Source of the DNA: Spirochaetia bacterium
GTDB taxonomy: Bacteria > Spirochaetota > Spirochaetia > DSM-2461
Reading direction: 5' to 3'
Assembly: GCA_963666985.2 (NCBI GenBank)
Contig: CAXXIA010000002.1
Coordinates: 1 to 64,000, forward strand
Length of the DNA: 64,000 bases
Within the stretch, counting starts at the first letter, position 1, and the number at the start of each line of letters is the position of its first letter. Below, in pieces: positions 10,535 through 21,106 of the stretch. The notes under the pieces were generated by a model, which was not told the origin of the DNA, made no database searches, and saw only the letters and a program-made list of their open reading frames with translations. The position numbers and the translations under genes are program-made.

Positions 10535-12018
10535 AATTCCAAAACTCTTTAAGAACTCAATTGGTTGTCTCATCCATCGTCGGCATGGCCTTTATTATTG
10601 TATCGCTCGCGTTCATTCTCTTCACGACCGTCGGTCTTCAGGGACTGGTTAACAATCAGTTTCGTATGGAACGCTTTTTCAGGGAACTTCAGTTTGAAGT
10701 TGAATCGATACAGGATCCCCTTCTCAACTATCTCTCCACCAGATCCTCCCGTTCTCTTTCGGATTTAATGGCCCAGGAACAGATCCTTCGAAACATGCTA
10801 CCCGAAGAAAGACGGATTACCAGCGATCAATTTGATTTGGAAAGCCGTGAAATCTATTTCCTTCTGGAATCCTATCTGGACAGGATCGACGGAGTGATTA
10901 ATCTGAAACGGGCCAGAGCCATGCGGGAATACACCGCATCCTATGAGGAAATGAGCCGATTCAGCGACTATATCGTCGACCGCATCGACCAAATCAGTCT
11001 TTACGGACTTCGAAGCGAACTGGCCAATTATGAAGGCATCATCAATGCCTCCAGGCGAATGCTGGTATGGAATCTCATACTCATCATCACCGCGTTTCTC
11101 GTCGCGGTGATCTGGATTTCGGCGGCCATCGGCAGAGTTTCCGAACCCATGGACCGTCTGGCCCGGGCCGCGGGAGAACTCTCTTTCGGTAATTTCGACA
11201 TCGAAGATATCCGGGTGGAAACCATTCATGAAGTTGAACTGGTGGTCTCGGCCTTCAATCGGATGAAGCATGATATCCGGCAATATATAGCGGAACTCAA
11301 CCGTCAGAAACAGATTGAGAAAGATTACATGGAAGCGAAAGTCCGCAACTTGAAGATGGAACAGCTTCTCAAACGAACCGAACTTTACACGATGCAGGCT
11401 CAGATGAATCCCCATTTCTTGTTCAATACCCTGAATACCGGCGTTCAGCTCGCCATTATGGAACGGGCGGATCGAACGGCCGATTTCATGGATCATCTGG
11501 CCCAGTTCTATCGCTATACATCACGGGAACGGGATTTGATGGTTTCTCTCCGGCATGAAATCGAAGGTTTGGAAGCCTACTTGTATATCTTAAGGATTCG
11601 TTTCGCGAAATCCCTGGATTTTAAAACGGATATCCCCGAGATGCTTCTGGATAAATATGAAGTTCCTTCCCTTATTCTCCAGCCCTTGGTGGAGAATTCG
11701 GTTATTCACGCATTCAAAGGGATTAAGCGGAAAGGGATTATAGAGATTCGCGTATGGGAAGATTATCCCATTCTGTTCTTACTCGTTAAAGATAACGGCA
11801 TCGGAATGGATCGGGCCACCGCGGAACGGCTGCTGAAGCATCATTCCGGAGATACCGAATGGACTTCCAAAGTAATGGGTTTGGAGAACGTTATCCAAAG
11901 ATTGTATTACTGCTTTCCGACACTCGAGGATGTCATCACCATCAGCGGCAATCCCAACGAAGGCACCGAAATCCGAATTCGCATCGATACCAGGGTAACG
12001 GCATGTATTCCATCCTGA
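10531..12018 (+). CDS. YesM/LytS-type sensor histidine kinase
   Basis: Two TM helices, HAMP, QAQMNPHFLFNTL, LQPLVENS and DNGIG. Confidence 0.92.
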   Translation: MKFQNSLRTQLVVSSIVGMAFIIVSLAFILFTTVGLQGLVNNQFRMERFFRELQFEVESIQDPLLNYLSTRSSRSLSDLMAQEQILRNMLPEERRITSDQFDLESREIYFLLESYLDRIDGVINLKRARAMREYTASYEEMSRFSDYIVDRIDQISLYGLRSELANYEGIINASRRMLVWNLILIITAFLVAVIWISAAIGRVSEPMDRLARAAGELSFGNFDIEDIRVETIHEVELVVSAFNRMKHDIRQYIAELNRQKQIEKDYMEAKVRNLKMEQLLKRTELYTMQAQMNPHFLFNTLNTGVQLAIMERADRTADFMDHLAQFYRYTSRERDLMVSLRHEIEGLEAYLYILRIRFAKSLDFKTDIPEMLLDKYEVPSLILQPLVENSVIHAFKGIKRKGIIEIRVWEDYPILFLLVKDNGIGMDRATAERLLKHHSGDTEWTSKVMGLENVIQRLYYCFPTLEDVITISGNPNEGTEIRIRIDTRVTACIPS

Positions 12019-13498
12019 TCGTCGACGATGAAGAACCGGTTTTGGAAAGCTATTCTTTCCTTATTACATCATTCGCAGATGATTTTTCCGTTTGCGGAAC
12101 GGCCCGCTCCGGCGGTGAAGCTTTGGATGTGGCCACGGAAAAAAAGCCGGATATCATATTAATGGATATCGCGATGCCCGGAATGGACGGACTTGATACG
12201 ATTCGGGAACTTCAGCGGGAACTTCCGAATTCCCTCTATATCCTCTCCACCGCGTATGAACGTTTTGATTTGGCCCAGAGGGCGATTCCTCTCCATGTAT
12301 TCGCCTATCTTGTCAAACCGGTTTCCAGAAAACGCTTTCTGGAAACTCTTTTCAAAGCGAAGGATTACCTCGACAAGCACCCCGTTAAGCGGGAAGAGCG
12401 ACTGGATGATATTCGATCAAATTCCGATGCGCTGCTTGTAGAAGAAAAGAATTTTCTTCATCTGCTCACCTGGAAAGCTCCGGATGAAACCACATGGAAC
12501 GGTACCGCCGATTGTTCCGGTTTTCATCGGATTATGCCGTGGTCCTTATTCTGGATTTGGATAATCCCGTTGAGTATTCCATGATCGTGGAAAAAATCCG
12601 GTATCGGCATCAATGTCTTTCAACCGAATATCTGGACCGGCTTCTTCTGCTGATTCCCGACCCGGTTCATGAAGAACTCTTGGTTCGATATGTCAAGGAT
12701 ATACTGACGGCCAATTTACCGGATACCTCATCCTTCGCCATCGGGGTAGGCTCCAAAAGGCGCTATGATGAACTTTTTCGTTCCTGCGATGAGGCTCTGG
12801 AAGAATTGGGAACTCGTGAGAAAAATCGATCCGGAACTTCCCGCTATTTCGAAAGGATATCGGAAATACGAAAAACCATCGCTCATACCCATGATGTACA
12901 AGAGGCGCTCTCTCTTTGCAGTTCCTATTGGGAAGAAGAATTCATCACCCAATCCTTTCCCGTTGTTCAAAGCCGCATGGTGGCGCTTTTTACTCTTCTT
13001 CTTGACGACTTTTGCAACCGTATCGGCGGCGAAACGGAATCCGTTCTGGGAGATCCCGCCCTGACCATAGCATCCATAGAAACCCGTCAGGAACTTGAGG
13101 CATGGGCCCGCAGAGAGATTCGCATCATCATTGAAATCGGTACATCAAAACGACTCCGGTCACTCCCTCAGCCTCTTCAAAAAGCGATACGCTATATTGA
13201 AGAGAACTACTCAAAACCTCTTCAGCTCTCCTCGCTTGCCGAATACTGCAATGTTTCCAACGGCTATTTGAGCCGTTTATTCTCGGATCATCTTCAAACG
13301 AGTTTCAATGATTACTGCAACTCGGTCCGTCTCGTCGCGGCCGAAGAACTCCTCAGTGAGAATCGCCTTTCCGTAAAAGAAATCTCTTATGCCGTCGGTT
13401 ACCGCGATCCGAACTATTTCAGCCGCATTTTCAAGAAATATAAAGGGATATCACCAACTTCATACTTGTCGGGAGAACATGACGAAAATGAAGCATAA
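12003..13498 (+). CDS. YesN-type response regulator (REC + AraC HTH), split by a frameshift near 12496
   Basis: REC (ILIVDDE, DIAMPGMDG, YLVKP) from ATG 12003. AraC HTH (YLSRLF, VGYRDPNYFSRIFKKYKGISP) in 12494..13498. TGG(G)AA restores one frame. Confidence 0.88.
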
Positions 13499-14567
13499 TA
13501 GAAATCTTTGGAATTATTTCACGCTGTCGGCCGCGATTCTCATCTTCTTGTTTCACCTTACCGGGTGTAACGATGCGGAAGAGCTCGGCGTTGAGAAAAC
13601 ACAAATAAAGAACAATCAGGTTACCATCGGATTCTCCGTCGCCACCGATACGTTCATCATCGAACGCTGGAACAAGGACATCAAGATTTTCAACAGCGCG
13701 GCCGGAGATCTCGGAGCCAAAGTAATCCTTCAGATGTCCGCCGGCGGTACTCAAGCCCAAATCGATCAGATTCATTATCTTCTCGATCAGAAAATCGATG
13801 TTCTGGTGGTGCTTCCCCATGATACGGACAAGCTCGCCGATGTGATTAAAACGGCCCACTCGGAGCACATCCCCGTTATCGCTTATGATCGTTTGATTCA
13901 GGGAGTACCCGTTGATGCTTATGTCTCCTTCGATAACGAGGAAGTGGGCCGCCTGTTCGGCCGCGCCCTCACCAAGGCGGTACCAAGGGGCAATTATCTC
14001 ATCGTCAACGGCTCTGTGCATGACAACAACAGTTATCTGGTGAATAGCGGACTGTATGAAATCCTCAATCCTTTCATCAAGAGCCGCCAGATTACCATCG
14101 TCGACGAACTGTGGCTGGAAGCCTGGAGCGCGGACGAAGCCAGAGCCCGCATCTCGGAAGTTTTGGAGAGAACCACGGATATCGACGCCATCTCCGCCGC
14201 AAACGATCAAATCGCCGATGCCGCCATCAGGCTGCTTTCGGAAAGGCGAATAGCGGGCAGTGTCGCGGTGGTTGGACAGGATGCCGATCTTGTCTCCGCT
14301 CAAAGAGTGGTGGAAGGATTGCAGCTCATGACCGTGTACAAACCGATTCAGCGGCTGGCCTCAAGGGCGGCGGATATCGCCGTCAGCATGGCGAAAGGCA
14401 CCACTCCGGAACCGGACAGCTATATGGAGAACGGCAGCGGAACCCCCGTTCCCTTTTTCATGGAAACACCTTATGCCGTTTACAGCTGGAACATGGATGA
14501 AACCATTATACGCGACGGATTTCACAGCGCGGAAGACGTATACCGCATGGCGGATAAAGAGCCTTAA
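13479..14567 (+). CDS. XylF-like sugar-binding lipoprotein
   Basis: Lipobox LTGC, ERWNKD, IAYDRLI, SFDNEEVG, VVGQDAD, MTVYKP. Confidence 0.88.
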   Translation: MTKMKHNRNLWNYFTLSAAILIFLFHLTGCNDAEELGVEKTQIKNNQVTIGFSVATDTFIIERWNKDIKIFNSAAGDLGAKVILQMSAGGTQAQIDQIHYLLDQKIDVLVVLPHDTDKLADVIKTAHSEHIPVIAYDRLIQGVPVDAYVSFDNEEVGRLFGRALTKAVPRGNYLIVNGSVHDNNSYLVNSGLYEILNPFIKSRQITIVDELWLEAWSADEARARISEVLERTTDIDAISAANDQIADAAIRLLSERRIAGSVAVVGQDADLVSAQRVVEGLQLMTVYKPIQRLASRAADIAVSMAKGTTPEPDSYMENGSGTPVPFFMETPYAVYSWNMDETIIRDGFHSAEDVYRMADKEP

Positions 14568-14716
14568 GTAGCAAAAAACCGACATTATATGAGTGCTACC
14601 GCGCCGTTTTATCGCTCGGCCGAGTGCTATAAGTCCGGTAATTTGCCGATTATTCCTGTATTCCTCAAAAAAATACGACTCCAGAATAAGGGAAACTGAA
14701 ACACAAAGGAGTGTTT

Positions 14717-15823
14717 ATGAAACGAGTCGTAATTTTCATCCTTATCGCCCTTGCTTTGGCCGGTATGGCATTCGTATCAGGGTGTAAGAAAGATGGTGGC
14801 GGTACCATCGATATCGGGCTTGCCATGCCCGAAACCCACGTTGAACGATGGCAGCAGGACGGTGCGGCACTTCTCCAAGGATGTATCGACGCCGGTTACA
14901 AGGCCGAGGTTACCTATGGCGATGCCGACCAGGGACGTCAGAATCAGCAGATTCAGGACTTCATCACCAAGGGTGCGAAACTCCTCATCATCGGCAACAT
15001 CAACGAAGGCGTCAATTCCGTAGTTCGTGAAGCCGCCGAGGAAGGCATCATCGTTATTGCGTATGACCGCTTGATTACCGGTTCAGACGCTTACGATTAC
15101 TACATCACCTTCGATAACTTCAAGGTTGGCCAGTTCCAGGGTGCCGCCATCGAAAAAGCTCTCGATCTGCCGAAAGCATCGAAAAGCGATCCTAAATTCA
15201 TCACTCTGTTCGCGGGTTCTCCCACCGACAACAACGCCAACTTTTTCTTCAACGGCGCTATGTCCGTGCTGAGGCCCTATGTGCAGAGCGGTGTTTTGAA
15301 AATCGTCGGCCCGGCGCCTCTGCAGGCATCGGACGCCGATTTCACGCGTATCGCGACAGAGAACTGGAAACCTGAAATCGCCAAAGCCAGAATGGAAAAC
15401 CTTCTGAGCAACGATGCTCTGAACTATACGCTGGACGCCGTTTTGGCGCCGAACGATACTCTGGCCAGAGCCATCATTGAGGCTCTTTCCGCCGACGCGA
15501 AATACGACACAACCGCGAAGCTTCCGATCGTAACAGGCCAGGATGGTGAAGTGGCTTCGGTTCAGGCGATTCGCGACGGCAGGCAGTACATGACGGTCTT
15601 CAAAGATACCCGCGATCTGGCGGCGGGCGCGGTAAAACTGGCCGATGCTCTTCTTCAGGGAAAAACCCCGAGTATAGCCGGGGCCCGTCTTGATACCGAG
15701 ACCTACGATACCGGACTGAAGAAGATTAATTCTTACCTTCTCGAACCTGTAAACGTCACTCAAGAGAATTGGCATAAGGTTATGATAGAAAGCGGATATT
15801 ACAGCGAAGACGCCGTCAAGTAA
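14717..15823 (+). CDS. chvE: ChvE-family multiple-monosaccharide binding lipoprotein
   Basis: AAGGAG RBS, lipobox VSGC, ERWQQDG, YYITFDNFKVG, FAGSPTDNNA, VTGQDG, VFKDTR. Confidence 0.88.
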   Translation: MKRVVIFILIALALAGMAFVSGCKKDGGGTIDIGLAMPETHVERWQQDGAALLQGCIDAGYKAEVTYGDADQGRQNQQIQDFITKGAKLLIIGNINEGVNSVVREAAEEGIIVIAYDRLITGSDAYDYYITFDNFKVGQFQGAAIEKALDLPKASKSDPKFITLFAGSPTDNNANFFFNGAMSVLRPYVQSGVLKIVGPAPLQASDADFTRIATENWKPEIAKARMENLLSNDALNYTLDAVLAPNDTLARAIIEALSADAKYDTTAKLPIVTGQDGEVASVQAIRDGRQYMTVFKDTRDLAAGAVKLADALLQGKTPSIAGARLDTETYDTGLKKINSYLLEPVNVTQENWHKVMIESGYYSEDAVK

Positions 15824-15860
15824 TCAACCGTTTTTTATATTATTATCGAACTAAGACATT

Positions 15861-15896
15861 TCCGGGAACATCGGTCTTCGGATTGATGTTCCCGGA
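15861..15896 (+). other. 16-bp intercistronic stem-loop with C(UUCG)G tetraloop
   Basis: TCCGGGAACATCGGTC-TTCG-GATTGATGTTCCCGGA (two G-U pairs), without a long U tract. Confidence 0.8.
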
Positions 15897-15926
15897 TCTT
15901 TGAAAAAACCTATATCGAGATAATGA

Positions 15927-17450
15927 ATGAACAGCGATCACATACTTGAGGTAAGAAACGTCACAAAAGACTTCCCCGGTGTACGAGCCCTGGATACCGT
16001 GAATTTCAACGTAAAACGAGGTGAAATCCACGGTATCTGCGGTGAAAACGGTGCCGGAAAATCGACACTGATGGGAGTTGTCAGCGGCGTGCTTCCCGCG
16101 GGATCCTACGAAGGAACCGTACTGATTAAGGGTGAAGAAGCCCATTTCAAAACCGTTAGGGACAGCGAGAAACTTGGACTGACCATAGTCCATCAAGAAC
16201 TGGCTTTAAGCCCTTATCTTTCCATCTATGAAAACATGTTTCTGGGACACATGAATCCCAGTATGGGAATCATCAACTGGGACGACCTTTTAACACGGTG
16301 CAAACCTTACCTTGCCAGAGTAGGATTGAAGGACCGGCCGGAAACCATCGTCAGTAAAATGGGCGTGGGGAAACAGCAGCTGGTTGAAATCGCCCGGGCC
16401 CTTTCCAAGAATACGGAAATCCTCATTCTGGACGAACCCACCGCTTCTCTGAACGATGATGAAAGTGAAAAACTTCTCCAGCTCATCATGAATCTTAAAG
16501 AAGACGGTCTCACCTGTATCATGATTTCCCACAAACTCGACGAGGTTATCGAGGTCGCGGATTCCATAACGGTCATGAGGGACGGTAAATCCATCCGTAC
16601 CTATGATACCCACGCCGAAGAAGTGACCAAGTCGATACTGATTAAAGATATGGTCGGACGGGAAATGACCGATCTGTATCCTCAAAAGACCTCCCATCCG
16701 GGTGATACGATTTTCGAGGTGAAAGACTGGAATGTCTATCACCCGGAATACCACTCCATGAAAATCGTGGATAATGCCTCTTTTTCCCTGCGCAAAGGAG
16801 AAATACTGGCCTTCTGCGGGCCTATGGGAGCCGGCCGAACGGAACTGATGATGAGTATATTCGGACACTCTTACGGTTCCAAATCCGAAGGAGAGCTTCT
16901 CCTCAATGGAAAACCGGTCACATTCGACACTCCGAGAGAAGCCATCCGAAAAGGTCTGGGCTATGTTTCGGAAGACAGAAAGAGTCTCGGCCTGATTCTG
17001 ATTCAGGATGTGAAAACAAACATTACCAATTCAAGCCTGGATAAAATCTCCAGACTGGGTATCGTCGACAGTTTTGCCGAGGTTCACGCCGCCGAACAGT
17101 ATCGGCGGTCTCTGAATATCAAAACCCCGTCTCTCACCCAGCTGGCTCGGAATCTCAGCGGCGGCAATCAGCAGAAAGTCGTCTTAAGCCGTTCCCTGCT
17201 GGCCGAACCTGATATCTTCATCGTTGATGAACCCACAAGAGGAATCGACGTCGGCGCGAAATATGAGATTTATACTATCCTGAACCGTCTGGCGACGGAA
17301 GGGAAAAGCATCATTATGGTAACTTCCGAACTTCCGGAAGCCATCGGTATAGCCGATCGGATCTACGTTATGAACGAGGGACAAATTAAGGGCTGCCTCG
17401 ATCGCGGCGATGCCACCCAAGAAAAAATCATGCACATGGCCCTGAGCTAA
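15927..17450 (+). CDS. gguA: Monosaccharide ABC transporter ATPase (GguA/MmsA/XylG type)
   Basis: GENGAGKST, ILDEPT, LSGGNQQKV and DEPTRGIDVGAK; tandem ABC domains. Confidence 0.92.
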   Translation: MNSDHILEVRNVTKDFPGVRALDTVNFNVKRGEIHGICGENGAGKSTLMGVVSGVLPAGSYEGTVLIKGEEAHFKTVRDSEKLGLTIVHQELALSPYLSIYENMFLGHMNPSMGIINWDDLLTRCKPYLARVGLKDRPETIVSKMGVGKQQLVEIARALSKNTEILILDEPTASLNDDESEKLLQLIMNLKEDGLTCIMISHKLDEVIEVADSITVMRDGKSIRTYDTHAEEVTKSILIKDMVGREMTDLYPQKTSHPGDTIFEVKDWNVYHPEYHSMKIVDNASFSLRKGEILAFCGPMGAGRTELMMSIFGHSYGSKSEGELLLNGKPVTFDTPREAIRKGLGYVSEDRKSLGLILIQDVKTNITNSSLDKISRLGIVDSFAEVHAAEQYRRSLNIKTPSLTQLARNLSGGNQQKVVLSRSLLAEPDIFIVDEPTRGIDVGAKYEIYTILNRLATEGKSIIMVTSELPEAIGIADRIYVMNEGQIKGCLDRGDATQEKIMHMALS

Positions 17451-17465
17451 AAAGCGGAGAATGAA

Positions 17466-18662
17466 ATGACGGATGCCATTAAAAGTTCGGAAAAACTGAC
17501 CTTTCGCCAACTCCTGAAAGAAAATCTGAGAAACTATTCAATGTTCATTATGTTGGCGCTGATTTTCATCGTGTTTGCTGTTCTGACGCACGGAATAAAC
17601 TTTTCCGCCCGGAATATCGCAAATCTTTTTATGCAGAACAGCTACATCCTGATTCTGGCATCGGGAATGGTTCTGGTGATTATCCTCGGAAACATCGATC
17701 TTTCCGTCGGTTCCGTGGCCGCTTTCACCGGGGCCATCGCCGCCATGATCTACAACACCGGATTGAATCTCCCGCTGACGGTGCTTCTGACCATGCTGGT
17801 CGGAGTCGGTATCGGTGCATTCCAGGGATTCTGGGTTGCCTTCATGAAGATTCCCGCCTTTATCGTCACATTGGCGGGTATGCTTCTTTTCCGCGGCTTG
17901 ACCTATGTTATTACGAACGTTACCCCCATTTCCCTTCGTGATGAGGGATTCCGCCAGATTACTTCCGGATTTCTCTCCGCCGAGCATTTGACCGTCGGGG
18001 GCATGCACTATTTGGCGTGGATTTTCGGTGCCGTATTGGCACTCATTTACATTTTTTCGTCCATCCACAAACGCGCAAACAAACGCAGGAAAGGATTCGA
18101 ACTGATCCCGATTTATGCTTTTATTCTTCAAAATCTCCTTATTGTGGCTCTAATTGCGCTTCTTTCCTGGAAGTTTTCCGCGTTCCGCGGAGTTCCCATT
18201 GTCGTCTTGGTTTTAGGAGTTGTCGTCTTCATTTTAACCTTCGTGGCCAATCGTACGGTTCTCGGACGTTATATCTACGCCGTAGGCGGAAACGCCCGTT
18301 CGGCGAAACTCTCCGGTATCAATTCGGAAATGGTTGTATTCATCGTTCATATCATCATGGGCGCCCTCTCCGGCTTGGCCGGTCTTGTTTTCGCCGGTTA
18401 TATGAATTCGGCCCTCCCTCAGGCCGGAAACTTGTTCGAGCTGGACGCCATCGCTTCCTGTTTCATCGGCGGCGCCTCGGCCTCCGGCGGTATCGGTACC
18501 ATTATCGGCGCCATTGTCGGCGGTTTGGTTATGGGCACCATCAATAACGGAATGTCGCTGATGAATATCGGCGCCGATTGGCAATACGTGGTGAAATCGC
18601 TGGTTCTGCTTTTCGCGGTTTTCTACGACATTTATACCCGCCGTAAATCCGGACTCGCCTGA
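17466..18662 (+). CDS. gguB: Monosaccharide ABC transporter permease (GguB/MmsB type)
   Basis: IDLSVGS, IPAFIVTLAGML.FRG, GRYIYAVGGN, FELDAIASCFIGG. Confidence 0.92.
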   Translation: MTDAIKSSEKLTFRQLLKENLRNYSMFIMLALIFIVFAVLTHGINFSARNIANLFMQNSYILILASGMVLVIILGNIDLSVGSVAAFTGAIAAMIYNTGLNLPLTVLLTMLVGVGIGAFQGFWVAFMKIPAFIVTLAGMLLFRGLTYVITNVTPISLRDEGFRQITSGFLSAEHLTVGGMHYLAWIFGAVLALIYIFSSIHKRANKRRKGFELIPIYAFILQNLLIVALIALLSWKFSAFRGVPIVVLVLGVVVFILTFVANRTVLGRYIYAVGGNARSAKLSGINSEMVVFIVHIIMGALSGLAGLVFAGYMNSALPQAGNLFELDAIASCFIGGASASGGIGTIIGAIVGGLVMGTINNGMSLMNIGADWQYVVKSLVLLFAVFYDIYTRRKSGLA

Positions 18663-18677
18663 TATTAAACAGTATCG

Positions 18678-18713
18678 AAAAAACGTCCGCTCGAACGATC
18701 GGGCGTTTTTTTT
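18678..18713 (+). terminator. Intrinsic terminator of the sugar ABC operon
   Basis: A6-CGTCCG...CGGGCG-T8, 15 nt after the stop codon. Confidence 0.85.
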
Positions 18714-18812
18714 CATCATATGAATAAAAAAATAAAAAGTAATCCCGGGGCGCTCTAAAGATAATGCCTCCGCGCGTCGATAATCGGTTTGAAACGGTAA
18801 AAAAGCCGATTG

Positions 18813-18852
18813 AACCCGCGGGGTACCGACGTCCAGGCCCGCGGGTTTTTTT
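18813..18852 (+). terminator. Second terminator-like hairpin
   Basis: AACCCGCGGG (18813-18822) pairs with CCCGCGGGTT (18838-18847), running into a T tract. Confidence 0.6.
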
Positions 18853-19004
18853 GTTTCTCGAACTTCAGAAAACGGCTTGGATTGGAAAGAAGGGATTCTC
18901 CGAACAGCTTAAGAATACGGGAAGAAAGCCGACCGCCGCCTTTCGGCGGACTCTTTTATGTCCGCTCTATGGTACTCAACACCCTTGGGAATTAGAATTA
19001 TTAA

Positions 19005-20990
19005 ATGGATAACTGGATCAAGTCTCGGTACTTCAGGTCGTTCATCGACCGAATCCCCCATAGATTTTTTGCCAAAGACCGTGACTTCCGTTATCTCTAT
19101 GCAAATGAAAATTTCGCCGCCGACTTCGGTTTAACCCCCGCTCAAATTCGCGGAAAAACGGATTTCGATCTCTTCCCCAAAGCTTCCGCGAGAAAAATAA
19201 GGGAAGACGACACCATGGTCATCGGCCAGGGAATCGACTTCGATCGCGTCGAAGAAAGCCGGCATACCGACTTACAGACAATCATCAGAATCATAAAAAG
19301 ACCCTTGAAAAATTCCGCGGGCGACATCATCGGACTGATGGGCATCTTTTGGGAGATTGAAGAAGAATCAAAAAATAAAGCGGCTCTTGAAGAAAGCAAA
19401 CGCCGTTTGAGGATGACCCTGGAAGCGACCGGAATCGGAATCAGCCACTACGACGTAATGAAAAAACGCATGTTTTGGGACGAGCAATGCAGCCGTATTT
19501 TTAATGTTTCGGGAAGAAATGAAGGCGATTTTCAAGACTTTCTCAACCACGTCGTGCCGGAAGACCGTGAATCGATTCTGAAGGCCTTTAAACAATCCCT
19601 TATCAACACCCGCAGCTACCAGGACGAATTTCGGATTACCTTGCCGGACGGTTCATTGCGCTACATCCATGTCCGCGGAGAATGGACCGCCGAAGAGGAC
19701 GGCCGTCCTCTTCAGATAACCTATATCAACTTCGACATTACAAACCGGCGCCGGACCGAAGATGCGCTGAAAAGTCTTCTCGAACTGAATCGGTCCTTCA
19801 ACGAATCCTCCCTTGACGACATCCTTCATCAAGGACTCGAAGAATCCATACGGCTCACATCAAGTCAAACCGGATTTTTTCACATCGTTGACGAAGAAAC
19901 GGGACAAATTCAATTCAAAACTTGGTCGCGAAAAACAATGGAGTTGTGCGACATCCCCGATGTACCGACCCACTATCCCCTCTCTCAAGCGGGCCTGTGG
20001 GCCGACTGCATCCGTGAAAGGAAACCGATTGTCCATAATGATTACGCCTCGGCGCCGGGGAAAAAAAATCTGCCGAAGGGACATTTTCCGCTGATCCGGG
20101 AACTTGTCGTACCGCTCTTCCAAGACGACCGGACGGTCGCGGTCATCGGCGTCGGCAACAAACCCAGGGACTACGATCAGTTTGACATCGACCAACTCTC
20201 CCTTCTGGGCGAAAACATTTTGAATATCTCCGCAAAGAAACGCGCCGCTCAAAAGCTGGCCGAAGCACATGAAAAAGCCGTGGCGGATAATGAAGTAAAA
20301 GATCGTTTTTTTTCCATACTGGCCCACGACCTGACGAATCCCATATCCAATATCCGGATTCTCGTTGAACAAATCGCCTTTATCACCGAATCCGAAACAC
20401 CGGATCTGCCGATGATTCGGGAAATAACGCAAATTCTCGAAGATTCGGTCACCACCGCACTCAATCTCCTTACCGATCTGCTCACCTGGAACCGCTCACT
20501 GAGAAACGCAATAAAATTCTCGCCCGATTTCATCGACCCGGTGGAGCCTGCGGAACAGGCCGTTATGACCTGCTCTCCCGCTGCCGCGGTAAAAGGCATC
20601 GTTATTGAGAAAGACTGGGAAAGGGGTGCAATAACCTTCGCCGACATGAATATGATGCAGACGGTCCTAAGGAACCTGGTGACAAACGCGGTAAAATTCA
20701 CCCCCCGAGGCGGCCGCATATCGGTCGGCGTCCGCTCCGAAAAGGAACAGGCGATTTATACCGTCCGGGACAACGGTATCGGCATTCCCGAAGAAAGACG
20801 AATCAAACTCTTCACCCTGGGAGAAACCCGTTCCACGAAGGGTACGGAATCCGAAAAAGGCACGGGACTCGGTTTGGTCCTCTGCAAGGAATTCGTCGAC
20901 AAGCACGGCGGAAAAATCTCCGTGGAAAGCGGCATCGGAGAAGGAACGGTCATCTCAATCTCAATACCGTCCGCAAAAGCATCGGACTGA
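19005..20990 (+). CDS. Cytoplasmic PAS-PAS-GAF sensor histidine kinase
   Basis: FAKDRDFRYLYAN (PAS), GAF (GLWADCIRERKPIVHNDY), H-box AHDLTNP, NLVTNAVKFT, DNGIG, GTGLGL. No TM segment seen. Confidence 0.9.
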   Translation: MDNWIKSRYFRSFIDRIPHRFFAKDRDFRYLYANENFAADFGLTPAQIRGKTDFDLFPKASARKIREDDTMVIGQGIDFDRVEESRHTDLQTIIRIIKRPLKNSAGDIIGLMGIFWEIEEESKNKAALEESKRRLRMTLEATGIGISHYDVMKKRMFWDEQCSRIFNVSGRNEGDFQDFLNHVVPEDRESILKAFKQSLINTRSYQDEFRITLPDGSLRYIHVRGEWTAEEDGRPLQITYINFDITNRRRTEDALKSLLELNRSFNESSLDDILHQGLEESIRLTSSQTGFFHIVDEETGQIQFKTWSRKTMELCDIPDVPTHYPLSQAGLWADCIRERKPIVHNDYASAPGKKNLPKGHFPLIRELVVPLFQDDRTVAVIGVGNKPRDYDQFDIDQLSLLGENILNISAKKRAAQKLAEAHEKAVADNEVKDRFFSILAHDLTNPISNIRILVEQIAFITESETPDLPMIREITQILEDSVTTALNLLTDLLTWNRSLRNAIKFSPDFIDPVEPAEQAVMTCSPAAAVKGIVIEKDWERGAITFADMNMMQTVLRNLVTNAVKFTPRGGRISVGVRSEKEQAIYTVRDNGIGIPEERRIKLFTLGETRSTKGTESEKGTGLGLVLCKEFVDKHGGKISVESGIGEGTVISISIPSAKASD

Positions 20991-21106
20991 CATTACCCGC
21001 CGAATCCTGCGAAAAAACCGCATCAGGTTTAAATCCGATAGTCGAAATCCCTCAGAACTCGCTTGAGAAGGGTTTGGTTTCAAAAATCGCTGATTTTGAA
21101 CTCACC

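Noticed and set aside
14569..14629. CIRCE (HrcA) element
   Set aside because: Only right-half GAGTGCTA copies in direct orientation; no TTAGCACTC at 9-nt spacing and no chaperone gene downstream.
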